Assembly: GCA_028817685.1 (NCBI GenBank)
Contig: JAPPPC010000364.1
Location: 1 to 30,444, forward strand
Direction of reading: 5' to 3'
Source: Rhodospirillaceae bacterium
GTDB taxonomy: Bacteria > Pseudomonadota > Alphaproteobacteria > UBA8366 > GCA-2717185
DNA: 30,444 nt
Part shown: positions 18,712 through 26,537 of the stretch, piece after piece
Position numbering within the stretch: the first letter of the stretch is position 1
Layout: the number at the start of each line of letters is the position of its first letter
Position numbers and translations under genes: made by a program
The notes under the pieces: generated by a model
Told to the model about the DNA's origin: nothing
The model's database searches: none
The model's input: the letters and a program-made list of their open reading frames with translations, nothing else

Positions 18712-20055
18712 CTAGAAGCCCCGGAACAGAATCGTCGGCAACCAGAGCGCCAGATTCGGTATCGACAGCACGAACGCCAGAACCACCATGTGCAACACGA
18801 TGAACGGTATGACGCCCTTGTACATGTGCATCAAGGTAATCTCCGGCGGGCTGATGCCGCGCAGGTAGAAGATGGCGGGTGCCATCGGCGGCGTCAGATA
18901 GCTGGTCTGGATCATGATCAGGAAGCAGATCGAGAACCACACCTTCACCGAACCCGGATCAAGATCGAAGAACGGGAACCCGACGATGATCGGCATCGCG
19001 ATCGGCACAACGATGAGCATCAGCGAGATCAGATCCAGCACGAACCCGGCGGCGAAGGCCAGCAACAGCAGGATCGCCATGGTTTCCCAGTTGGTCAGCT
19101 CGGCCGCCTGCATCAATTGCTGGACGCCGACCAACCCGCCCGCGGCGGTGAAGACGCCGGCGAACATCGTGCCGCCGATCAGGATCAGCAGGATCATTGC
19201 CGTGATGACGACGGTCTTGTACAGCGCTTCCTTCATGACCGCGATGGTCAGCGTGCGGTAGCACAGGCACATGATGACCGAGCCTACGGCGCCGCAGCCG
19301 GCGGCCTCTGTCGGGGTTGCCAATCCGGCCAAGATCGAGCCAAGCACCGTGGCGATCAGCAATCCCGGTGGGATCATGGCGGTCGCCGTCATGGTCAACT
19401 TGCGCATGAAGGGGGGATCGTTTTCGTCGGCACCGACACGCGGTCCGTCTTCCGGACGAATCGTACAACGGACGACGATATAGACGATGTAGCAGCCGGC
19501 CAGCATCAGGCCCGGCAGGATCATCCCGGCGAACAGATCGCCGATCGACACGTCGGCCACAGGGCCGAGAATGACGACCACGACCGACGGCGGGATAATG
19601 GTGCCAAGCGATCCGCCGGCGCAAATCGTGCCGGAAATCAATGCCTTGTTATAGGCGTAGCGCATCATTACGGGGATCGCGAGCAGACCGACAACGGTCT
19701 CCGTCGCACCGACGATACCGGTCGATGCCGCGAACACCACGCACAGCAGGACCGTCCCGACAGCAAGGCCGCCGGGTAATCGTCTGGTCCACATATGTAT
19801 CGCCTCGAATAATCGTTCCGCGACACCAGAACGCTCCAGCAGCGACCCCATGAAAATGAACAGCGGAACCGCGCCCAGAACATAGTTCGACGCAACATCG
19901 TCGACTTTGGCGAGGTACAGCGCGACGGCCGATTCATTGAACCGGATGACGCCCCAAATCAACGCGACACCCATCAAGGAAAACGCGACCGGAAAGCCCA
20001 TAAACAGGCAAAACAGCAGCGCCGGGAACATCCATAGTGCGAATTCGACACTCAT
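18712..20055 (-). CDS. dctM: TRAP transporter large permease
   Basis: 447 aa, highly hydrophobic; AVPLFIFMG, GGSLGTIIPPS, ATPTEAA and TSYLTPPMAPA motifs. Confidence 0.96.
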   Translation of the reverse strand: MSVEFALWMFPALLFCLFMGFPVAFSLMGVALIWGVIRFNESAVALYLAKVDDVASNYVLGAVPLFIFMGSLLERSGVAERLFEAIHMWTRRLPGGLAVGTVLLCVVFAASTGIVGATETVVGLLAIPVMMRYAYNKALISGTICAGGSLGTIIPPSVVVVILGPVADVSIGDLFAGMILPGLMLAGCYIVYIVVRCTIRPEDGPRVGADENDPPFMRKLTMTATAMIPPGLLIATVLGSILAGLATPTEAAGCGAVGSVIMCLCYRTLTIAVMKEALYKTVVITAMILLILIGGTMFAGVFTAAGGLVGVQQLMQAAELTNWETMAILLLLAFAAGFVLDLISLMLIVVPIAMPIIVGFPFFDLDPGSVKVWFSICFLIMIQTSYLTPPMAPAIFYLRGISPPEITLMHMYKGVIPFIVLHMVVLAFVLSIPNLALWLPTILFRGF

Positions 20056-20756
20056 TATTCGAAGCCTCCCGGCAGATCCGGTTCCGGCACGTCACGATCC
20101 ATCAGGACGAGGATGCACTTCAAGGTCTCAGCGACCACCTGAAGCGTGAACAGATAGAAACCAAAGGTAAACGTGAATTTGAACGGCCAGATCAACGGGT
20201 TCCAGGCGGATTCGCCGGAACGCTCATTCACCTTGTAGGCTTCGAGGAAATACTCGTAGAGCCCCCAAGTCGTCCAAATGATGATTGGCAACAGAAGAAC
20301 AATGTAGCCGACCAAATCGATCAGCGCTTTTTGCTTTTCCGAAACATTGTCATAGAAAAAGTCGACGCGGATGTGGCGACGCAGTTGCGTACAATAGGCA
20401 ATGGCCAGCATCAGGCTGGTACCCATCATCATATAGGACACCTCGAACGCCCAAGAGGTCGGCGCCCGAAATGCGTACCGCATGATGACTTCGTAGACGA
20501 TCAGGACCGCCAACACCGGAATGATGCTGGCACTTACGATACCGGCATATTTCGCCAACCTTTCGATTGGCCGGACGAAATTGAATACATCCCGCCCGAT
20601 CACCGCATGCACAACGCCCCAAAGGACATACAAGGCGGTCAGGTAAAATATCCCGACCAATACGCCAAGAAACCATCCGTGACCTTCGGGTTTACCCGAA
20701 AGAATCAACGAGTGCGTTTCCGACAATACGCTCAGTACTGCGTCCATCACCCACAT
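20055..20756 (-). CDS. dctQ: TRAP transporter small permease with an N-terminal extension
   Basis: YEVIMRYAFRAPTSWAFE and HIRVDFFY motifs; TAATG overlap with the dctM start. Exact start uncertain (20756 or 20747). Confidence 0.9.
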   Translation of the reverse strand: MWVMDAVLSVLSETHSLILSGKPEGHGWFLGVLVGIFYLTALYVLWGVVHAVIGRDVFNFVRPIERLAKYAGIVSASIIPVLAVLIVYEVIMRYAFRAPTSWAFEVSYMMMGTSLMLAIAYCTQLRRHIRVDFFYDNVSEKQKALIDLVGYIVLLLPIIIWTTWGLYEYFLEAYKVNERSGESAWNPLIWPFKFTFTFGFYLFTLQVVAETLKCILVLMDRDVPEPDLPGGFE

Positions 20757-20786
20757 CCAAACTTGGAAAATTGAAAAATCGAGGAA

Positions 20787-20813
20787 GGGGGAACGCGTGG
20801 TCCGCGTTCCCCC
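20787..20813 (-). terminator. 11-bp GC stem-loop between dctP and dctQ (terminator-like or mRNA-stabilising)
   Basis: GGGGGAACGCG-5-nt loop-CGCGTTCCCCC; on the minus strand it is followed by TTCCTCGATTTTTC, an imperfect U-tract. Confidence 0.7.
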
Positions 20814-20834
20814 GAAACAATCCTCAAAACCGGC

Positions 20835-21911
20835 TTACTTGATGATGTCGCCGATCGCCGTGCGCGTACCCGGTCCGGAACGCATTTTCGAATACACGGT
20901 CATGTCGTGCTGGAACTTACGCTGATGGTTCAACATCTTCTTGAACCATTCGTTGCCCGCAACCTGCTTGTCGGCCCACTCGTTACCGGCCTTCTGGGCG
21001 GCATCGATGAAGGACTGCTCCAGGCGAAGCATGGTGTTGCCGCCTTTTTCCATCCGCCGATAGGCGAACAGGTCGTTATAGGCGTGGTTGCGCCAGGCGC
21101 GGAACGTCCGCAGTTCGCCGGCGTATTTGATCAGCGTCTTGTCACGCTCGGAGACGGCGTCCCAGGCTTTCTTGTTGAATTCACATTCCTGCGTGGCGCC
21201 CGGCTGATGGACACCCGGGAAGATGATGTATTTGGCGATCTTGTGGAAACCAACCGGCTCGTTGACCGACGGCGAGCTCCACTCCGTGGCGTCGATAACG
21301 CCGCGTTCCAGCGCCGGATAGACTTCCGCGCCAGGCAAGATAACCGTGGTCGCACCGAGCGAACCGCCAACCTCGGCCCAGGCACCGGCCGTACGCTGCT
21401 TGATGCCTTTGTAATCCGCCAGGTTCGTCACTTTACGCTTCGAATGCAGGAAGATTTCCGCCGGGAAAATGCCGCACGGGATCGACATGACGCCGAATTT
21501 CTCCATGCGATACTGTTCCCACAGATCGACGCCACCGGCTTGATAGAGCCACAGGAAGAATTCCTCTTCCGTCAGACCGCCGACATAGCCGCCGAAGATG
21601 ACGGTGGTTTTGTCGATGCCCCAATCGTAACCCATCCAGTTATGGCCCGCTTGGGCGACACCGGATTTCACCGAGTCCGTGACCTTCAGCGCTTTACCAA
21701 GCGTACCCGCCGGGAAAACCGTGATATTCACGCGGCCTTCGGTCAATTCCTTGACCAGAGACGCGAACGACTTGGCATCTTCAAGAGGCTTACCGCCGCC
21801 CCAAGGCGTGGCCATGCTCCAGTTGGCTTGGGCGAGAGCCGATCCGGCCATCGCCATCATGCCTAACCCAGCGGCCGCGCCGACCGCCGTTTTAATGACA
21901 TTTTTTAACAT
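20835..21911 (-). CDS. dctP: TRAP solute-binding protein, DctP family (TakP-like)
   Basis: Signal peptide ending ALA; WSMATPW, KQRTAG (carboxylate-binding Arg position), EVYPALERGVIDATEW and GFHKIAKY; GGGAGG SD before ATG 21911. Confidence 0.93.
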   Translation of the reverse strand: MLKNVIKTAVGAAAGLGMMAMAGSALAQANWSMATPWGGGKPLEDAKSFASLVKELTEGRVNITVFPAGTLGKALKVTDSVKSGVAQAGHNWMGYDWGIDKTTVIFGGYVGGLTEEEFFLWLYQAGGVDLWEQYRMEKFGVMSIPCGIFPAEIFLHSKRKVTNLADYKGIKQRTAGAWAEVGGSLGATTVILPGAEVYPALERGVIDATEWSSPSVNEPVGFHKIAKYIIFPGVHQPGATQECEFNKKAWDAVSERDKTLIKYAGELRTFRAWRNHAYNDLFAYRRMEKGGNTMLRLEQSFIDAAQKAGNEWADKQVAGNEWFKKMLNHQRKFQHDMTVYSKMRSGPGTRTAIGDIIK

Positions 21912-22137
21912 TAGGTCCTCCCTGTTATGGACTAGTTTGAGACTAAAGGTGGATTCAGCTGCCTCCACCTCAATTAGGAAATCACTTGCAGGCCCACCTC
22001 AACCCCTGGCCGCGAGTGTTCACCATTGCTAATTGTTGGTCAACCTTTTCACGTCTCGACGCCGCGGCCTTTTACTGTCCCGTAAAATTGGCACCGCCAC
22101 GCGCGCAACACACACTCCCCATCGTTAAGTTGTCCGT

Positions 22138-22166
22138 ACAATACAAGTGACATATCAGTCCGACAA
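22138..22166 (-). promoter_or_regulatory. sigma70 promoter of the dctPQM operon with a second copy of the operator in the spacer
   Basis: Minus strand: TTGTCG (22166-22161), spacer GACTGATATGTCACTTG, TATTGT (22143-22138). Same layout as 17440-17468; the operator matches 10 of 12 positions. Confidence 0.7.
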
Positions 22167-22348
22167 GACGGTAACACGAAACCGTTTTTAACAGCCCGGG
22201 CACCGGCCTGTCCGCTGCCATCGCAAATTTGTTACGGCCCGGCGTGACAGTGTTTAAAGTCTGCCCACCGCGAACGATCCAAACCGTCAGGCCGTGAGCG
22301 GCTTGTACGGCATGCAGTCATGACGACGATCAACTCATAGGAGGCGAA

Positions 22349-23455
22349 ATGAACGATAAGGCGAAAACCGCCGGCGATATTCGGATGAAAGGCAGCGGCT
22401 ACTATTCGCTGGCCACCACCGGCGCGAAGATCGTCATCGATGGCGCCATGCCTCTGATCCGCGGCGCCCTGGACCGGATGGATATCCAAGATGACGGCAC
22501 CGTCTTCGCGATGGCCGATATGGGATGCGCCGACGGCGGCACTTCGATCAGCATGGTCGGTGAAGCCTTGCGCTATGTGCGCGAAAGGGCGCCGTCACGG
22601 CCCCTGACGATGACCTACACGGACTTGCCGCGAAACGATTTCAGTCAGGTCTTTCACAATGTCCACGGCCTGACCGACCTGCCGGGCTACGCGCCGGATA
22701 TCGACAATCTCTACGTCTTCGCGTCCGGCACCTCGTTCCATCAGCGCATCTTCCCCGACAATGCACTTAATTTTGGCTTCTCCGCGACCGCCTCACATTA
22801 CATCAGCGAACGCCCCGGCCCGATCACCAATCACGTCCATATGGTCGGCGCCGAGGGGGCGGAGCTGGCCGCTTATACGGAACAGGGCCGCGCCGACTGG
22901 GAGCGCATTCTCGGTTGCCGTGCAGCGGAGCTGGTGCCCGGCGGGGGATTGGTCTTGCTCAATTTCTGCCGCGACGAGAAAGGCCGCTATCTCGGCGGTA
23001 CCGAGGGCGTGAACATGTTCCACACCTTCGATCGTCTGTGGCGGGAGATGGCCGAGGACGGCGCGATCACCATGGCGGAATATGAAGCCACGGTCTTCCC
23101 GCAATATTACCGCGACATCGATGAATGCAGCGCACCGCTGACCGATCCCAGCAGCCCCGTGCACAAAGCCGGCCTTCGCCTGGATCACATCGAAACCAAG
23201 GTGATCGATTGTCCCTACCGGCTCGACTACGAGCAGCATGGCGATGCGACCAAATTCGCCCGGGACTATATCCCGACCCTGCGCTCCTGGAGCGAAAGCG
23301 TCTTCTTCGCCGGCTTGTCAGAAGACCGGCCGCTGGAAGAACGCGCCGACCTTATCGATCGCTATTTCGATTCCTACGAGACCTTCGTGCGCGAGAACCC
23401 GGCCGGCCAAGGCATGGACTATGTCCACACCTACATGGTCATGCACAAGGAGTAA
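22349..23455 (+). CDS. SAM-dependent methyltransferase, SABATH-like (Methyltransf_7) family
   Basis: MKGSGYYS, ADMGCADGGTS, TDLPRNDFSQVF, GTSFHQRIFP and SATASHYISERP occur in the same order as the plant SABATH motifs; AGGAGG SD. Confidence 0.85.
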   Translation: MNDKAKTAGDIRMKGSGYYSLATTGAKIVIDGAMPLIRGALDRMDIQDDGTVFAMADMGCADGGTSISMVGEALRYVRERAPSRPLTMTYTDLPRNDFSQVFHNVHGLTDLPGYAPDIDNLYVFASGTSFHQRIFPDNALNFGFSATASHYISERPGPITNHVHMVGAEGAELAAYTEQGRADWERILGCRAAELVPGGGLVLLNFCRDEKGRYLGGTEGVNMFHTFDRLWREMAEDGAITMAEYEATVFPQYYRDIDECSAPLTDPSSPVHKAGLRLDHIETKVIDCPYRLDYEQHGDATKFARDYIPTLRSWSESVFFAGLSEDRPLEERADLIDRYFDSYETFVRENPAGQGMDYVHTYMVMHKE

Positions 23456-23469
23456 CCGCGCGGCCCCGC

Positions 23470-24319
23470 TCAGCCCGCGGCGATCTTCTCCGCCACGCGC
23501 ACGGTGCGATACATCGTACGCAACACGGGTTTTTCGATCAGTTTGTTGTCGAGCACCACAAGACCGCTGTCGCCTTCCTCGAAGGCGGCGATAACCCGGC
23601 GTGCGTGGGCAACGGGGGCTGAAGATCGCGTTCAACGGTGCGATCTGCTTGGGATGGATAGACCCCTTGCCGGTGAAGCCGAGCTCCTCGGCAAGTTGCG
23701 CCTCGCGTTCCATCCCTTCCATATCGTCGAGATCGAGATAGGGCACATCGATCACGTCGAGGCCCGCGCCGGCGGCGGCATGAACGACACGCGATCGGGC
23801 GTAAAGCAACGTCTCCCACTTGTTCGCCGCGCGCAACTCCGCCGCCATATCAACGCCACCGAAGAACATCGCATCGATCCGGTCACTCGATTGGGCGATT
23901 TCGTAGGCGGCTTCAAGGCCCGCATTGGTCTCGATGATGACATGCAGTCGGGTCAGCATATCGTGCTCGGTCAGCAACTCGTCCAGTGCCTTCACCTCAT
24001 CCGGTGACACGACCTTTGGCAGCATCAGCGCGGGCGGCGCTGTCACGGCGGACACTGCCGCCTGCACGTCGGCCATTCCGTCGGTCGTGCGCAGGCAGTT
24101 GATGCGGACGATCCGTTCGACACCGTCTTTTGCCTGCGGCGTCTCGAACAGCTTCATCGTGCGCTCGCGCGCATCCTGCTTATGGTTCGGCGCGATCGCA
24201 TCCTCAAGATCGATACAGACAATATCCGCGCCCGTCGCCAACGCCTTTGGAAACATGTCCGGACTGACGCCGGGCATGAAAATAAAGCTGCGGCGCGGCT
24301 GAAACTCTTCGTTGTCCAT
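23470..24319 (-). pseudogene. HpcH/HpaI-CitE family CoA-ester lyase (citryl/malyl/citramalyl-CoA lyase-like), frameshifted near 23614
   Basis: RRSFIFMPG, CIDLEDAI, PKV, IIETNAG, FFGGVDM and GKGSIHPKQI run in frame to ...IFSP at 23615. The natural C-terminus VAHARRVIAAFEEGDSGLVVLDNKLIEKPVLRTMYRTVRVAEKIAAG* is in another frame (23613-23470). May be an assembly error. Confidence 0.85.
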
Positions 24320-24322
24320 GCT

Positions 24323-25522
24323 TTACAATCCGAGAACGGCTTTGGCGATGACGTTGCGTTGGATCTCGTTCGACCCGCCATAGATGGATGCGGCGCGCCG
24401 CAGCAGCCGCTCGCACATCAGTCCGACGCTGTGGTCCGGGCCGACCGGCGGCTCGTTCGCGTCGGGCCGCACCATGCTGGCATCGTAGGGCAGCGCGTAG
24501 AAACCCATCGCTTCGACGAGCAATTCGTTGAGCTCCTGTTCGATGGTCGTCCCGCTGATCTTGAGAGTCGAAGATTCCGGCCCCGGATTTCCGCCGCCGG
24601 CAAGCGCCGACATCATCCGCAGATTGGTGATCTCCAGCGCGGAAAGCGAGACCTCGACTTTCGAAATGCGCGACTTGAACCCATGATCGTCGAGCAACGA
24701 ACCGCCCTCGGCACGCTCGATCTCGGCGATCTGTTTCAGCTTCTTCACCTTCTGCTTCGACTTGCCGACCCCGGCGATCCCGGTCCGCTCGTGACCCAGC
24801 AGGAACTTGGCGTAGGTCCAGCCCTTGTTTTCTTCGCCAATGCGGTTCTCTACCGGCACCCGCACATCGTCGAAGAAAACTTCGTTCAAGTAATGACCGC
24901 CATCCATTGAGATAATCGGCTTCACCGTCAGACCCTTGGTCTTCATATCGATCAAGAGGAAGGTGATGCCTTCCTGCTTCTTGACGTCAGGGTCGGTCCG
25001 GGTGAGGCAGAAGATCAAATCCGCCTTATGCGCCTGCGAGGTCCAGATCTTCTGGCCGTTGACGACATACTCGTCACCATCCAGTACCGCGCGGGTTTGC
25101 AGCGAGGCCAGATCCGAGCCCGAGCCCGGCTCTGAATAGCCTTGGCACCACAACTCGTCGCCGGAAAGGATGTTCGGCAGATAGCGGTCTTTCTGCGCCT
25201 GGGTGCCGAAGGTGTAGATAACCGGCCCGACCATGGTGATCCCGAATCCGCTGATCCGCGGCGCATCATTGGCGCTGTATTCCTCTTCGAAGATGTGACG
25301 CTGGGTTACAGACCAACCGGTGCCGCCATACTCCACCGGCCAGGCCGGCGCGATCCAGCCACGCTTGTACAGCGCCTTGTGCCAGGCAACCATGTCGGAC
25401 TTGGAGACGTAAGACGGCGTCCGCCGCACGACCTCGCGCACCGTTTCCGGCAGATTTTCCTTGAAGAAAGCACGCACCTCCTCGCGGAACGCCAAATCTT
25501 CGTCGCTGAACAACATGTCCAT
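24323..25522 (-). CDS. Acyl-CoA dehydrogenase, PimC/FadE large-subunit-like
   Basis: WCQGYSEPGSGSDLASL, NGQKIWTS, NEVFFDDVRVP, LGHER and SIYGGSNEIQRNVIA; GAAGGAG SD. Confidence 0.92.
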   Translation of the reverse strand: MDMLFSDEDLAFREEVRAFFKENLPETVREVVRRTPSYVSKSDMVAWHKALYKRGWIAPAWPVEYGGTGWSVTQRHIFEEEYSANDAPRISGFGITMVGPVIYTFGTQAQKDRYLPNILSGDELWCQGYSEPGSGSDLASLQTRAVLDGDEYVVNGQKIWTSQAHKADLIFCLTRTDPDVKKQEGITFLLIDMKTKGLTVKPIISMDGGHYLNEVFFDDVRVPVENRIGEENKGWTYAKFLLGHERTGIAGVGKSKQKVKKLKQIAEIERAEGGSLLDDHGFKSRISKVEVSLSALEITNLRMMSALAGGGNPGPESSTLKISGTTIEQELNELLVEAMGFYALPYDASMVRPDANEPPVGPDHSVGLMCERLLRRAASIYGGSNEIQRNVIAKAVLGL

Positions 25523-25567
25523 GGGATCGTCTCCTTCGAACTCGGTCTAATCGTAAACTAGCAGCCG

Positions 25568-26521
25568 TTACTCGGCCGCATAGGCAAGAATCGGCTGACC
25601 AAGTAACGAGCTGGATTCCCGGCCGTCAACACCCACCGGCACGTCACCGACCAAGGTGACGCGATAAAGCTGGCGGTCCGCATCAATCTGAAAGATATCG
25701 GATGGCGCCAGATGGCAGGTCGAGCGGTTGTCCCAGAAGGCGATATCACCGGCCTTCCAGCGGAACCGCACCGTATAATCCTGGCGCACCGCGTGCTCCC
25801 ACAGCAACTCCAGCAGTTGCTCGCTCTCGCGCGGCGCCAGCCCGACGACCTCTTTCAAAAAGGACGGGCTGACATAAAGGGCCCGTTCACCGGTTTCCGG
25901 ATGCACACGGACGAGCGGATGTTCGCTCTCCTGTCCCCGGGTGCGCAGCATCTCCTTGTAATCTTCGGAGGATTCCGCCCCCTGCGGCGGCGCGAATTTG
26001 TGCACGCCGCGCAGCGTGTCGACGAAACCCCGCAGCGTGTCCGACAGACCGTTATAGGCCGCAACCAGATTGGTGAACTGGGTATCGCCGCCATAGGGTG
26101 GGATGTTCACACCGCGCAGGATCGACGCCGCCGGCGGGTTGATCGCCGCCGTGATGTCGGCGTGCCAGCCGGTCCAGGGTTTCTCCATCTTCGCGCCGGT
26201 CTTGTAGCGATTCGCCTTGCGGTGCTTGGCAATGGAGTAGATCTCCGGATAGTCCTCGACATTGCCAAAGACAGCGTGCCCAATCGTCAGTTCGCCGAAC
26301 TGTCTTGCGAAATCCAGGTGCTGATCGTGATCGAGATGCTGATCATGGAAGAAAATCACCTTCCATTTCAGCAGAGCGGCGCGAATCTCTTTCACCGCCT
26401 GGCTGGACAACGGTTTTGTCAGATCGACACCACCGATTTCCGCACCGATATGAATCGTGACCGGATTGATTTCGATTTCCTTTGGTGCATCGGCCAATTC
26501 AAATGCTGCCACGTTGCTCAT
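25568..26521 (-). CDS. TauD/TfdA-family Fe(II)/2-oxoglutarate dioxygenase (paralogue 2)
   Basis: IGAEIGGVDL, WHAD, GGDTQF, HPLVRVHPETG, WDNR..CH and LYR. The true start is ATG 26521 after AGGAGG; the ORF track over-extends it to 26800. Confidence 0.93.
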   Translation of the reverse strand: MSNVAAFELADAPKEIEINPVTIHIGAEIGGVDLTKPLSSQAVKEIRAALLKWKVIFFHDQHLDHDQHLDFARQFGELTIGHAVFGNVEDYPEIYSIAKHRKANRYKTGAKMEKPWTGWHADITAAINPPAASILRGVNIPPYGGDTQFTNLVAAYNGLSDTLRGFVDTLRGVHKFAPPQGAESSEDYKEMLRTRGQESEHPLVRVHPETGERALYVSPSFLKEVVGLAPRESEQLLELLWEHAVRQDYTVRFRWKAGDIAFWDNRSTCHLAPSDIFQIDADRQLYRVTLVGDVPVGVDGRESSSLLGQPILAYAAE

Positions 26522-26537
26522 ATCGTCTGTCCTCCTG

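Noticed and set aside
22089-22105. TGGCAC as a possible sigma54 -24 element
   Set aside because: No TTGC at the required -12 spacing.
22231-22248. GTTAC-GGCCCGGC-GTGAC upstream of the methyltransferase, superficially like the SAM/SAH riboswitch stem
   Set aside because: The interior is too short and lacks the conserved AAC/UUCCU core and a pseudoknot partner.
23318-23613. C-terminal 98 aa of the listed 333-aa lyase ORF, overlapping the methyltransferase by 138 nt
   Set aside because: Out-of-frame read-through after the 23614 frameshift; the real C-terminus is in another frame.
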